Of a stretch of 64,000 nucleotides of DNA, positions 29,547 through 41,347 are shown piece by piece (position 1 is the first letter of the stretch; the number at the start of each line of letters is the position of its first letter). A program made the position numbers and the translations under genes. A model generated the notes under the pieces. It saw only the letters and a program-made list of their open reading frames with translations, had not been told where the DNA came from and searched no databases. The DNA is from Trypanosoma brucei (taxonomy: Eukaryota): assembly GCA_000002445.1 (NCBI GenBank), contig CM000208.1:2688001-2752000 (forward strand), read 5' to 3'.

Positions 29547-30731
29547 ATTAGGACTTCTTGAAATGGAAAGGGCATGCAACGGATTGTTTTGTGCTGTTGG
29601 GCTTGACTACCTGACGATCTCCTTCCGCCTGTGTGAGTCGTTCGGGACCGGAAGGAAGTGCGTGTGCATTAGTGATAGGGGTCGTGCTTCGCCGCTGTTG
29701 TGCTTGTGTAAACTAAGGTGGGAAAGATAATTGTGGAGAAGTAAAATTTTCTGTCATTACCACTGCGTGTGCTGCCTCATCTTCCTCATTACCTTCTCAA
29801 CTCATACGCGCTTATCTACTAACATTTTGTTTGTTTGCAAAACGAAACACCAAGAAACAAGTGCCTGAAGAGGACCAGGGTGCGTCGCCGACTCGAATAT
29901 AACCGGTTACACCGTACTGGGAAGAGTAGAGAAACTGTACGGTTGCGCCACAGCCTCGCAATCCTGTTTACCTCGGTGGCTAAATCCCATCCTAAAGGGG
30001 GGGCGAGGAGGACACAAAGAAGCAGGAAATAGCGCAGGGTTTCGAGAGTAACTTATCACCTTGTCCTCGTTGAGCACAAAGTTTCGTTTTCTTTTACTTC
30101 TCTGTAAGGAGTTAGTCTAAGAAAACTTGCAAGTGGAAGGGGGGAACACAGCTTGTGGCACTTGTCGGGCCTTGTCGGTCTCTCCGTGTTGCTTCTTATC
30201 TTCGCTTGGTTGCTGAAGGACCCTCTAGCTCCACCTCCGGTATATTCGGGGGTGTGTGCGTACTCTATTCACTACTCTTGTTTGTGTGTGCGTCTCCGTT
30301 GCCTGATTTGTAAGCGGCGGCGGGTGCTGGTGACGGATAGAAGCACCAATAAGTCGAGGAAGTGTAAGGGTCCCTAAAGAAGATTGGTGTAAATTGACGG
30401 ATCAGTTGTTAGCGATTAAGGAGCTTGGAGCACGTTGCAGGTGGGGCAGTCAACGTACTCACTGTAGGCTCGTCGGTGGCAGTTTTCTCCACACAAAGCG
30501 TGCATCACTTTGTGCATCTTTTTTCCTTTCCGAGTGGTTGTGTACCCGTGCCTTTATTACCCTTGTCCGTGCTGCCGTTCGGAGTTGTAGAAGAACCGAC
30601 TGTGTGATTGCGCTCGTAGGAATTATAGGTTGCTGAGTAAGACGAGGGGCGCGAACAAGTTGGGTGAGTCAAGGTGTGATATATAAAGAGTGTGTGTGCG
30701 TACAATCCTTTTCCCGTCATCCACAGTTATC

Positions 30732-33431
30732 ATGACATTGTCTGTCGACACCGCGATTGGGGACACCGCCATATGCATGGAGAGGTCATGTGATGCTCCT
30801 ACACCTACTTACGCAGTCAAAACGCGGGCCATGGTGTTGAGCGGCGGTAGTGGCTGTACGCTCTCCAGGTGTCGTCGACTTGGGCGCTCCGCCCGCCAGA
30901 GATCGCCTTCGAATAAACGGTTCTCGGGAAGGATGTCAGCGGCATCCGTGACGCCCTCAGGGGGCCCAGTTATGGACAGGAGCGGCACTGGGTATGTTGA
31001 TGTTTGTCGTGGTGGTGAATGTGCTCCGATGCTTTGCAGGTCAGGGGGATGCGATCACGGTGTTTCCATTTTTGCGGCGGCCGCGACGCCGGCTGCCGCG
31101 GTACCGTTACTCGACGGTACTGTTGCAGCGGAATGCACGAATGGTGCCGGTGGGATGCCAGCTGATGGTAGTCGTTGTGTGACTCAGTTGTACGACGCGG
31201 GCGCAAGCTTGAGGAATGAATCTGGTCGACGGTATCGAAACAACTATTCTTGCCATTACAGCAACAGTGGTGGTAGTGGTTATTGTTGTTGCAGTGCGTC
31301 TTATCGTGGCCAGAAGGGTCACAAGGGCGGTCAAAGCCAGGTGTTTCACAATTCACCGCTTTTCATGGGGAACGGTGGCAATCTGCCTCCCAATCGTGGT
31401 GTAATTTCGAACTATCACTATCACCATCACCCGCCCTGTGGAGCCTCGCACCATCACCACCAAAGGTGTGCTGTGCGTTCCCATCGTCGTCGTGGATTCG
31501 GTGCCGCTGCTGTGGAGGCGATTCGCAGTAGGTTTCAGGCAGGGGCTACCATGTCGCATCACGCACCACCACTTTCCGCTGTGAAATGCAATAGACAAAC
31601 TAAGCAAACTGCTAGTAACGGGGATCAAGAGCCACGGCAGGCATTTCAGGTCCCCCTCCCAAGGTCGAAGGCGGCTGCCGGAGTAACCCAACCCTCCGCG
31701 ACGTCATGTGATGCTGGTGTTGTGAGGCCATCGAAGGGCGATTTCAGAATTGAGATGGATACTCCTTTTTCAGCCACAGACTCAATGAATGACCCTGTAA
31801 ACGGTTCTTCACGGCTCTCTGGCATTGCACCACTTTTCGACCTTGCGATACAGCAGCTCATCCTTGAGTGCGATCGACGGGTTGCCAACGCTTCTGGGAC
31901 GGCGTGCGCCAGTGCGCACAGTCCCTCTAACTCGTGCAATTCTCAAAAGCAGTCTTCAGCGCATTTCTCCGTTAACACTCATTCCTTTGATATGCCAACG
32001 GCATCCCACACGAAGACCACCTTCGCGCAAACACCGAAGGAGTCGTCGTTTGCCACGTTTGCCGTTGAGCAGGCACCTCTGGAGGGAGGCCAATTGGAGT
32101 CTCCGCACCGGGATGCGGAAGCTGAGGTGATGGCTAGGGACGGTGCATGCACGACTAAGCTCCACCGTGTTGAGCCACGGTTGGAGGAGCGGGTGACCGC
32201 CCGTCGGGAAAACCACGTGGGTAACGTTGTTGGTAGGCTGTTTAGGGATCAATCGGAGGATGCCGTGGACCTCGGGAGCGACTGTTCCAAGTTGCAGTTG
32301 CTCATCGTGTCAGTTGGGCTGACTGTGTCATTTGGAGAGTCGGCTCCGTTGGTATTAATCGGCACGCTCATCTATTTGTTCCGTATTGTCAAGCGGTGTG
32401 ATTCTGAGTATTCGAGCGTAACCGCAGCGAATTGGTACCGACTCACAGCTGTCGCCCTGCTGGTTGCTACAAAAATGTACGTTGATGGTTCAGGTAGCTG
32501 GAATGAGTGTTTTTCGAATGCCACTGATATACCTTTAAAAGAATTGAACAAGCTGGAGATCGACTTCCTTTTCTTGCTTGACTTTGACGCGCTGATCACG
32601 GAGGAAGAGGTCGAAGCTCGTGCTGATTGGATGGACTCTGTTGCCAGCCGACACGATATGATGACACCCCTGCGGACATTTGTATTGGGGAGCAGCTGTG
32701 CCCCTTCATGCGTGGCGACTCCCTTGTCTCCTGCTGCTGACGAGGCGTTTCGGTCGGTTCCACTTGGTTCTTCCAGCAACATGCCGTCAACCCCATTGTC
32801 CCTTACACCATCCAATATGACACCGGTGAATTGTTTCTCAACTCCATTTACCCAGTCAAGACCAATCCGCAACCAGTGTGTCGGTTCTTTGGTTTCTGGT
32901 GTTGATGCGAGTGACAAGCAGCAGCAGCAAACGCGGCCTTCAAGCATGCGTCGTTTGTCCTCATCACTGTGCCCCTGCGATCGCATGAGCCCCTTGCCAC
33001 TGTCTGTGTCGAGTCTGTCTCTAACGGAGAGACTCTTTTCGGTTGTTCATGCACCTGCCGAACCAGAAACACCCCCAAGTCTCCGTCGTTTTGCTCGCCA
33101 AGATGATGAACCTGTATCTCCGTTGACACCACCCGACCAGGAGAGGATGTCCCCAGTATTTTTCTTCTGTAACGCGACTCGGGGGAGACGTTGTAATGCG
33201 ATGACGGCAGTTGGGGAGAAAACAAATAAGACATCGCCGGCAGGCAGTGCAGTGCAGTACCGCGTCTCTGCAGGTGTTGCCGGTGACGCCTGGAACGGTG
33301 ATGAAATGGATGAGGAGGGGGGAACGCCTCCGCACCCGCGGCGTTGTATTCTCTCACCACCCACACAGGAAGCAGCGCCACTGCCTCCGCTGGGTATGAC
33401 AGACTTCCACCACCGTCTTCCCAGGAAATAA
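30732..33431 (+). CDS. PHO80-like cyclin domain protein with very long low-complexity N-terminal region
   Basis: Track start 30690 is GTG; first ATG at 30732. C-terminal region contains a cyclin box of PHO80 type (LIGTLIYLFRIV...LVATKMYVDGSGSWNECFSNATDIPLKELNKLEIDFLFLLDFDALI). The N-terminal ~550 aa are low complexity, including a His-rich run HYHHHPPCGASHHHHQ. Confidence 0.72.
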   Translation: MTLSVDTAIGDTAICMERSCDAPTPTYAVKTRAMVLSGGSGCTLSRCRRLGRSARQRSPSNKRFSGRMSAASVTPSGGPVMDRSGTGYVDVCRGGECAPMLCRSGGCDHGVSIFAAAATPAAAVPLLDGTVAAECTNGAGGMPADGSRCVTQLYDAGASLRNESGRRYRNNYSCHYSNSGGSGYCCCSASYRGQKGHKGGQSQVFHNSPLFMGNGGNLPPNRGVISNYHYHHHPPCGASHHHHQRCAVRSHRRRGFGAAAVEAIRSRFQAGATMSHHAPPLSAVKCNRQTKQTASNGDQEPRQAFQVPLPRSKAAAGVTQPSATSCDAGVVRPSKGDFRIEMDTPFSATDSMNDPVNGSSRLSGIAPLFDLAIQQLILECDRRVANASGTACASAHSPSNSCNSQKQSSAHFSVNTHSFDMPTASHTKTTFAQTPKESSFATFAVEQAPLEGGQLESPHRDAEAEVMARDGACTTKLHRVEPRLEERVTARRENHVGNVVGRLFRDQSEDAVDLGSDCSKLQLLIVSVGLTVSFGESAPLVLIGTLIYLFRIVKRCDSEYSSVTAANWYRLTAVALLVATKMYVDGSGSWNECFSNATDIPLKELNKLEIDFLFLLDFDALITEEEVEARADWMDSVASRHDMMTPLRTFVLGSSCAPSCVATPLSPAADEAFRSVPLGSSSNMPSTPLSLTPSNMTPVNCFSTPFTQSRPIRNQCVGSLVSGVDASDKQQQQTRPSSMRRLSSSLCPCDRMSPLPLSVSSLSLTERLFSVVHAPAEPETPPSLRRFARQDDEPVSPLTPPDQERMSPVFFFCNATRGRRCNAMTAVGEKTNKTSPAGSAVQYRVSAGVAGDAWNGDEMDEEGGTPPHPRRCILSPPTQEAAPLPPLGMTDFHHRLPRK

Positions 33432-34139
33432 ATGTATATTGACAGCCTCTTAAATAAATCGTGTATGATGTTTGTTGAATGTTTCTGCTGGTTCAAGCGT
33501 TAACAACAAAAATAGAGGTAAGAAGGAAGATCATAGGGTATGGGAGGTGCGTCGACTTTTTTGTTTGTTTGTTTGTGATAGGAACTTCTGAGAGGGGGGG
33601 GGATGACGTATGCGTTCTACGATACTTTTTTTTTTTGTGTCTGTGTCTGTGTGTGTGTGTGTGTGTGTGGGAAATTTGTTAACATTGGCTCGAGCGGGGA
33701 AGGGCAATTATAGCGGAGGAAAGAAGTTTTAAATGACGCACGACTCCGTTTGCGTTGGTGCTGGTCGGCTCGTAGAGATGTGACTGTGTCACCTTCCTGT
33801 AAGACTCAAAGTGGGTTAAATCCCTTAGAAATAAAAAAGAAATATAATGAGTGTTGTGAAGGAGTACCCGCATGGAAATGTTTATTAGTGAGACACCATA
33901 TTGTGGAAAGGAAATAAAGTTGTTCAGGTGGTTGAAGGGTTGGGTTCGATATCGTTCCATATAAATAGATCTTTTGAGTAACAAGCAAAGGAGAGTGAGA
34001 GACAGGGAAAGAGGAAGAGTTTGGCATTATATGAATGTGTAGCGAATTCCGTGGTTATCTTGTGAGTAGGAGAGATAAAACGAGAGATAAATGATGTGCT
34101 TGCGCTTGTGGTTGCGGTTGCTTGTTTGTATGTTTCTGC

Positions 34140-34207
34140 GTGTGTGTGTGTGTATTTATATATATACATATATATATATATATGTATGTATGTGTGTGTG
34201 TGTGTGC
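34140..34207. repeat. compound (TG)n(TA)n(TG)n microsatellite
   Basis: Directly visible. Confidence 0.9.
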
Positions 34208-34710
34208 TTATATTTGTTGAAGTCACGAAAGGGGACCTTCTTTTTGTTTTTGTAACGTATTGTTGCCGTCGGGTGTATGCACCTTGTGGAGGCGTTGAAC
34301 GTGGCTCCATGCGGCACACTTCGTTGTGTTTCTTTTGCTTTTATTTAGTTCTCTTTTTTTATATTTGGTTTAGCCACATGGCCCAATAACTACACCCCTA
34401 CACCACCCATTTGGCCTTAACCACCCTTTGGGATGCCCATGGAGGCATTCTACACGGTTGCTTGAAGCCTTCAGCGCGTTATTATTATTATTATCAGCAG
34501 TCTTTGTCACTGTTATTATTTTGTTTTTTTCTTCTTGTTACCTTTATTTTCATATCTTTTCATTTGTACGTACCGGGTGAAGTCAATAAAAAACGAGAGA
34601 GGAGGGAACTGTGTTTAAGAGAGGTGAATTTGGTGTATGAAGCATACGGGAAGCGTAACAGATTTAGGGAAACCTGGTATTTGCAAAAGAAAAAAAAAAG
34701 AAAGAAAAAA

Positions 34711-34757
34711 GAAAAAAAGACACACACACACATGCACACACATGCACGCACACACAC
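34711..34757. repeat. (CA)n-rich microsatellite
   Basis: Directly visible. Confidence 0.9.
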
Positions 34758-36515
34758 GTATAGCGAACCTATAAGGGAAGAGGAGTGATGTTGAGAAGGA
34801 AGGAGAAATAAAACGATGGAGGAGGGAAAAAGGCAACAAAGGAGGGAAATAAAGCCCTTTCGTTCAACAGTGAAAGTGATTTTTTTTTTTCCTTTTTTCC
34901 CACCTTTTTTTGAAAAAAAAACTTTGTTTTCTGTCCTCTTCCTTTCTTCCCCACATAGGAATTGGTTTAGTGAAGAGTGAGCGGGAGTGTGGAATGTAAG
35001 ATGAAGTGGGTGTAATATTTTTTTTTGTTTTGTGAGGTGTTAGGGAGAAGGGGGAAACACTTTGTGTGGTGAGATTATTGTGTTGTTAGTGAGTGGATAC
35101 CGACGAAAAGGCAAGGGAAGGAAAAAGGAGAGGGGGGAAAAAACAACAACAACAACAAAGAAAAGCAAAAGGGTGTTCCGAAACAACAACAACAACAATT
35201 GCATAAATGGAAGGCTTGTGTATATGTTTACCGTGAAGCAACGCGTTGGGTTTACCCGCCTTCCCGTATATTTATTCGTCACCATTAAAGAAAGGGAGAA
35301 GAAATATGAAAAAAAGAAATCCAAAGGGGATGAGGGATGACGTAACTGTTCTATGAATGCCCAACGTGAACACGTGCTCATGCACACACTTATATGTAGC
35401 AACAATTACAAACGAATACAAAAAAAAATAAGTATAAGTAAATAAACAACCACACACATATATATATATATATACGTTTTCCTGTAAGTTTAAAATACTT
35501 GTTTTAGGATTCATGGTAAGGAGAGAAAAGTTATATAATGATAACATGAATATACATATATGAATATGTACGCTTGTGGAGGAGGTGTGTGTGTGTGTGT
35601 GTGTGTGGGGAACCCTGGCAGCGGGAAAGTACATTAACTTTCCGGTGTAGTGGGGGTTATAAGTTTTTTTCTTTCTGTTTTCCCCTTTCACCCCCTTGTT
35701 GTTGTTCCCTTTTTTTTTTTGTTTAAGCTTGTGAATCAGTGGTGCCCTTCTCCATTGCCATCAGTATTGTAGGCGAAACGGTATTCCTATACTTTTGTTT
35801 TTCTTTCCTTTCTTGCAGTCCTTTCCCCTGTCTTCACTCACAACTGTTGTGTGATACATTTGATTACTTTTTTTTTCTTTCTTTTTAAATTTTGGCTGCA
35901 CTTCTTTCGCTCCATGTACAGGTTTACAGAAGGCAGTTTTCTTGGGAAAGAGTGTGTTACTTAATTTCTATGGTAAGTGAGTGAACAATGGATGATTATG
36001 ACGTCTCTAAGGTCGCGCACAGTCATTGCTGGCACACCGTAGCATTCCTTGAGGCATATCTTTTCTCTTGTCTAAAATTCCCCCCATTGCTGCGGCATTT
36101 ACTTGCTGGATTTCACCCTCATTCTTGCTTGTTACTCTTCTTCCTCTTTGTCTTCTCACTGTTTGTGTTTCCATGTGCCCTTTTTTAAAAAAATTATTTG
36201 TTGTATGTACCTTTTCAGGTATTGTGAGTGAATAACACATTAAACAAGCCAGAAATTAAGGGACGTGAACCTAATAGGGACACTCAAGGGAATTGGGGCG
36301 GGATAGTGTGGAGTGGTGAGACCCACTGAAGTGACGGCAATCCCTGAAGAAGAAAAAAAAAAGAGAAATAATTAAAGGTAACAAGGGCCACATAAACGCA
36401 TACGGAGACGTGCTGCGACTTTGCCGGTGTGCCTTCTTAGATTTAGCGTATCCTGGAGTGTGCATTTGACTCCTATCGGACTTGCTTTCTTTTGGTCAGA
36501 GACAAAGAAGAAAAC

Positions 36516-38705
36516 ATGAATATTTTTTCCTTTGGGAGGGAAAGCATGTGCTCTTTCTCAGCCACAGAGGGAAAGGAGAGTGTGCCTCTAACCGCACGGT
36601 CGTATGAGCGATCCCGGTCTGAGCTCTTCGAGGGCCTTACCACCACCCGTGCCGTTGCTCTGCAGGCGACGACCTCAAGTAACTTCCCTTCGAGCAGCAA
36701 TGCGAAGCAGGTACCTGACGGTGAGGGTTTGTTTTCCATGGGCAGTTGTTCCGTATCCACGGACAAAGTGGAGGAAAACTCAACCATCTGTGAGACCTCC
36801 AGGTCTGCTGGGGGGAAGCAACGGAAACAGAAGGGTCAACAGAAACCCCGTAAGGCAAAAACGAATAACTCTAGGGACGATAACAAGAAGAAAAATGCGA
36901 CGAATACAAAGACGCCGCAGCGGACGTCACGGAAGAAAAGCGGGAAGCGCAAGAAGAGAAGGTCTAGTTGTCGAAGTATGGGTGAGGCAAGCGTGCGGAG
37001 CAACGGGACACCTGCAGAGGGAGAGATTGAGAGTAGTAATGCTGAATCAAGTGTTCAGTTACCACGGCCCTTTAATACCCCAAAGGGTGTACCGGCTGTG
37101 GTGCATGTTGTGGCACACAATATCGCAGAGATGCAGGGAAGGAAAAGAGAAAGTTGCGTCCAATCGCTCTCGCGCCCGTTTGAAATGTTCGATCGAATAG
37201 TTTCCAGACCCGAGTGTGGCAAGGATGCCCAGGAAACGCCTTCAACAGCGGCTTCCCACAGCGATCTTCACACCTCTATATCTGTGTTGAAGGGGCAAAG
37301 CTCCACGACCATCGATTTACCTGAGAGGAGTAATTCTGTGGTTGGCGTGTTTGCGACTGCAACAACTCCGGCACTTCCTTCTTCGCCGCCGCTGTATGGA
37401 AGGAGCAGCAGGCGTGAACATACAGCGCGTGCCGGGGATGGTACGGCATACTTGTCGTCGTTGACATTTTCATCATTACTGGGCTCCTTCCAAAAAGAGC
37501 AAGAGAAAACAGAAAGGCCCCCAGCTAAGAGCCCCTCCACCCTTGAGGGTCTTACTCGACACTCTCTCACAGATATGGTTGAGGGTAAAGTCCCGAGTAA
37601 AACTGAACCTGTTGTAGAACGACTTCTCGCACGCACTCTGAGCTCAACTTCTGAGAAAGAGCGTACGGCGACAATTGTGTTCGACCTTGACGAAACCCTT
37701 TGCAACAACCGCGTGAACGGTCCCGCCATACTTAGACCCGGTGCGATTGATATACTGGGAAAACTGCGGTCGCTATATCCCCGCTGCATCGCACCTGGGG
37801 ATGGGGGCTCGCCAGTTCGTGATGCAAGCGCCTCCGCGGAAAGTGTAGGAAACTCCGGTAGCAGAAGCGGACTAGTTCCGACGGATGTGACGGCTGGTAA
37901 TGGTCCTTTGCTGCAGCTGGAGATTGTTCTGTGGACCGCAAGTGTGGAATCGGTTGCACGTCCCGTAGTCGATCGACTTGACCCTGATGGCACCATCTTT
38001 GATTGTGTTATATGCCGCGACGCGCGTTGGTACGACGAATCTGGATACACGAAGGACCTGCGCCTTCTTGGTCGTTATATTGAGCGTAGCGTAATAGTGG
38101 AGAATTCTCCCCTCTGCGTGAAGTTGAATCGGCGTAACGCTATTCTTGTGAGCGACTTCGTGAGGAATCGAATGGACCGACAACTGTACGTAGTGTGCGT
38201 TATACTTTTGGAGTGGCTCGATAACGTGAACAATCTATTGCTGCGAAAACATATGATGCGTGTCAATATGGAGCGTCGGAGGGGCTGTGGGATGTCCGAT
38301 GGCGGAGAAAGTCCCGAACCGGAAATGCCGCCGAGCGAGGCCCAACTAAGGGGTTCAAAGACACCTGGCCTCACAAAGCCGCATAAAGCGGATATGCTGG
38401 GCTCGACTCTTCCTTTGCACGAACTTGAGCGAAGGGCTTCTGCGATTTATTTTGTGGGGAGCCATCCTTTTATTTCACCCTCAACGCGTCTTGTTAGGTC
38501 GTCTGCTTGCCAACAGGCGGTAAGGTATCTTTGTGGAGAGGGATTTGCCTCTGGGAAGATGAAAATCATCTCGAGGAGGCGCCCGGCAGCAAAACATGCG
38601 GCAGTTACGCCAAACACACCAAAAGGAAGATCTTCTTCGCTTACTTCCATTTCACCTGCACCGGTCCCTGGAAGAGCGCCTTCGCGGGAAGTGTCGTGTT
38701 CCTGA
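36516..38705 (+). CDS. FCP1-homology / NIF-type (CTD small phosphatase-like) phosphatase
   Basis: Track start 36492 is TTG; first ATG at 36516. DxDxT catalytic motif FDLDETL, LRPGAIDIL, EIVLWTAS, YTKDLRLLGR, IVENSP match the SCP/NIF signature. Basic NLS-like N-terminus (KQRKQKGQQKPRKAK..KKSGKRKKRR). Confidence 0.75.
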   Translation: MNIFSFGRESMCSFSATEGKESVPLTARSYERSRSELFEGLTTTRAVALQATTSSNFPSSSNAKQVPDGEGLFSMGSCSVSTDKVEENSTICETSRSAGGKQRKQKGQQKPRKAKTNNSRDDNKKKNATNTKTPQRTSRKKSGKRKKRRSSCRSMGEASVRSNGTPAEGEIESSNAESSVQLPRPFNTPKGVPAVVHVVAHNIAEMQGRKRESCVQSLSRPFEMFDRIVSRPECGKDAQETPSTAASHSDLHTSISVLKGQSSTTIDLPERSNSVVGVFATATTPALPSSPPLYGRSSRREHTARAGDGTAYLSSLTFSSLLGSFQKEQEKTERPPAKSPSTLEGLTRHSLTDMVEGKVPSKTEPVVERLLARTLSSTSEKERTATIVFDLDETLCNNRVNGPAILRPGAIDILGKLRSLYPRCIAPGDGGSPVRDASASAESVGNSGSRSGLVPTDVTAGNGPLLQLEIVLWTASVESVARPVVDRLDPDGTIFDCVICRDARWYDESGYTKDLRLLGRYIERSVIVENSPLCVKLNRRNAILVSDFVRNRMDRQLYVVCVILLEWLDNVNNLLLRKHMMRVNMERRRGCGMSDGGESPEPEMPPSEAQLRGSKTPGLTKPHKADMLGSTLPLHELERRASAIYFVGSHPFISPSTRLVRSSACQQAVRYLCGEGFASGKMKIISRRRPAAKHAAVTPNTPKGRSSSLTSISPAPVPGRAPSREVSCS

Positions 38706-39023
38706 TTTTCTCTTTGTCTTTCGGGTATGTTGGTGCCACTTGAGGGGTCATATGTGTGCACGTGACAAATGCCCTGTCATTCAGCAAGGAGGTCTGCAGC
38801 GGCACATGTGCACAAAGAAATGTGTACCCACCATCGCCTACGTGCAAGTTCCGCTTCGTCATCATTTCGTTGCGTCGTTGGCTTTCCCCCTCCTTTTCCT
38901 TCCCTGTCTCTGCATGGTCGAGTCTGCCACCTCACTTGCAGTGTCGCAGCACGATGCCTAGATTTCACAGAGTTCGTAGCTTGTGCTGCGGCATGTTATT
39001 GTTTGTGTCGGTTCTAAACGATG

Positions 39024-39027
<4 letters not shown>

Positions 39028-39058
<31 letters not shown>
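39028..39058. repeat. (TA)n microsatellite
   Basis: Directly visible. Confidence 0.95.
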
Positions 39059-39062
<4 letters not shown>

Positions 39063-41347
39063 TTGCTGTGCTTGTGAGGTGGTAAGGGTATACCTGCATG
39101 TGCATTTGCATGGTTAACATGAGGGCTGCCGTTGCACTGCAGAAATCGTTAAGTGTGTAGCCGCCGTTTGGGGCCGGCTTCTTCCCCCTTTGTTTCACTT
39201 CTTTTATCTCTATCTTTCACTTTTTATTTTCCTTCTTCTATTTCGTTTTTTTCCGTTACCCACCCGTTGGGAGAGTTTTGATCACTTATTTTGGAGCGTG
39301 GGTTGCAGTGGTTTGCACGGTGGTGAAATATTTTTCCTTATTATTTCGCTTTTCATGCTCCACTTAAAAGGTATGTATATCTATATTTATGTGTGTGGTG
39401 AGGTATATGGAATAGAATAAAAGGCCAAACTAAAATGCATGAGGGGGAGGGAAGTTGTGAGGCACGAAGAGGGGAAGTGGAAGGGATGGAGGAAAGAAAG
39501 AAAAAGTTCAAAAATAACCCCACCCTCAAAAAAAAAAAAGAGAGGAAGACTAGCGCGAGGGAGATGAAAAATGGAATAATCTGCATTGAGGAATTGTAAA
39601 GAAAAAGGCGAACACACATGCACAAACATACAATAATGGGTGAACCAGCGATGCATATGGTTCGAAATAAAGTAAGGGAGTTGGAAAAAATTTGAAACGG
39701 TGCCCGTATCTCATTTTCCACTTTTTTACATCTTCTGCCGCCTTTGGTTTAGCCCTTCTTTCTTTCCTTTGGTTGAATTCACATGTTCCTTTTCTCTTAA
39801 GTCCGTCTGGAGTTTTCATTGAGGATGGGATGGAGGGTCGCCGTTTAGTATGCATATATATATATATATATATGCGTTTGTGTATTGGGAAAATCAAAAA
39901 TTCCGTCAATGAGTTGGTGTTTTTTTTTTACTTTTTAATACCTTTTTAAAACCCTTTTAAAACAGCAATGTTAGTTGTTGCTTTTTTTTTTCCCCCTTGT
40001 TCTCTTCTATCCAGTAGGGGACTTTCCCTTTCCTTCAGAGATTGTGCCGCAAAAAAAAACCCAAAGGTCTGTTTTGACAGTTGAGCTCGCTTCCATGCAA
40101 TGCAAAAACTATGTTCATAACTATCTCTATATCTCTTTCTTTCTTTTTCCGCCAGCCACTTCCGTCGTATCGCGTCACCCCCCTTTTTGTTGTTTTCCCC
40201 AATTTTCCTTCTTTTCCTTTTTACGCTTCCGTGTGTGCTTTCGTAGAGGATGGTGTGGGGGTTTATTGCCTCCTTTTTTTTATATTTTTATTTTGCAGAG
40301 GTGGGATGACGACAAGGGGCGGGGGGGAGCGGTGAGGGACGAGGAGACATTTTGGATGAGTAATGGGATAATATCACCGCGAGAGCTCGACGAGGGTTCG
40401 ATTTATTGCGTTTGTAGCGCAGGGGGGCACATGTGTGCGTTTAGAGAAAAATATCATATCTGATTCTAGGTGCGTAGGTGCGCGCGCGTGTGTGTGTGTT
40501 TGTGTGTGTGGGGAGGGAAGCCGCTTTAGTTTCACGGCTCCTCAAGCCGCTGTGCCTGGGAATGCATTCTCAGGTTATGGCACAGTATGAGGGCCGTATA
40601 GGGTGCCACTTTTTTGTTTTTTTTTTTCGTGATGGAACTGTCTCTGTCCATTCTTTTTGTCTTATCCCTTTAACATTTCACTTTTTTTTTTTCTTTACTC
40701 CATCTTCACTTTGTCTTGCGGATATTCAGGTACATTTGTGACGCCGCATGTGAAATACTGGGGGAGGGGGAATTCTAGCTGGGTTTGCCCTAACTCTAAC
40801 CTCACTTTTTTTTTTTTTTTAAATCCTTCCTCTCTCCTCGGTGGATGCCATCGGTGGCTGCGTTGGCGCCACCCCCCTCCATCGATTTCTCTTTTGTGTC
40901 TTCGTTCTTTCACTTAATTTCACTTTTTTTTATTTTTGTTTCTTCCATATCCCCCGCCTCCCCCAAATCATGCCTGCCCTTGACTCTTTGCATATTACAA
41001 CGCTGGTACCACCTGCAGTCGTCCGTCAACTTTCTTCCGTTTGAATTGGGTGTGAGAGGAAGAAGCAGCCGTATGAGGGTACCGGGTCTACCGCGACTGT
41101 TATCGACAAACAAACCTCCGCACATACGGTAGCACCAAACCAATACAAGTTCACGGTAAAACTTGAGTATCAAAGACCAGTTCCCCCCTTTGCTGCCCCA
41201 TAAGCTTAATTACCCTAGTTGTGCGTCTTTCTATATGAAAAATAAACGCATGTTTACATATATATACGTTTGTGTGAATGTCACTTTTTTTCCTTCTCCC
41301 CCACCATACTCTTTCGCTCTCGCTGGAAGTACAGGATAGCTGTGTAT

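Noticed and set aside
33930-33960. tRNA-like T-loop motif GGGTTCGAT at ~33938 and GGTTCAAGAC at ~63247
   Set aside because: No acceptor, D or anticodon stem pairing could be built around them. Isolated motif matches only.
37268-38050. Long minus-strand ORFs (e.g. 37268-38050, 32372-32986, 9577-10465) overlapping + strand genes
   Set aside because: All lie antisense to much longer, homology-supported + strand CDSs in a unidirectional polycistron. These are typical shadow ORFs.
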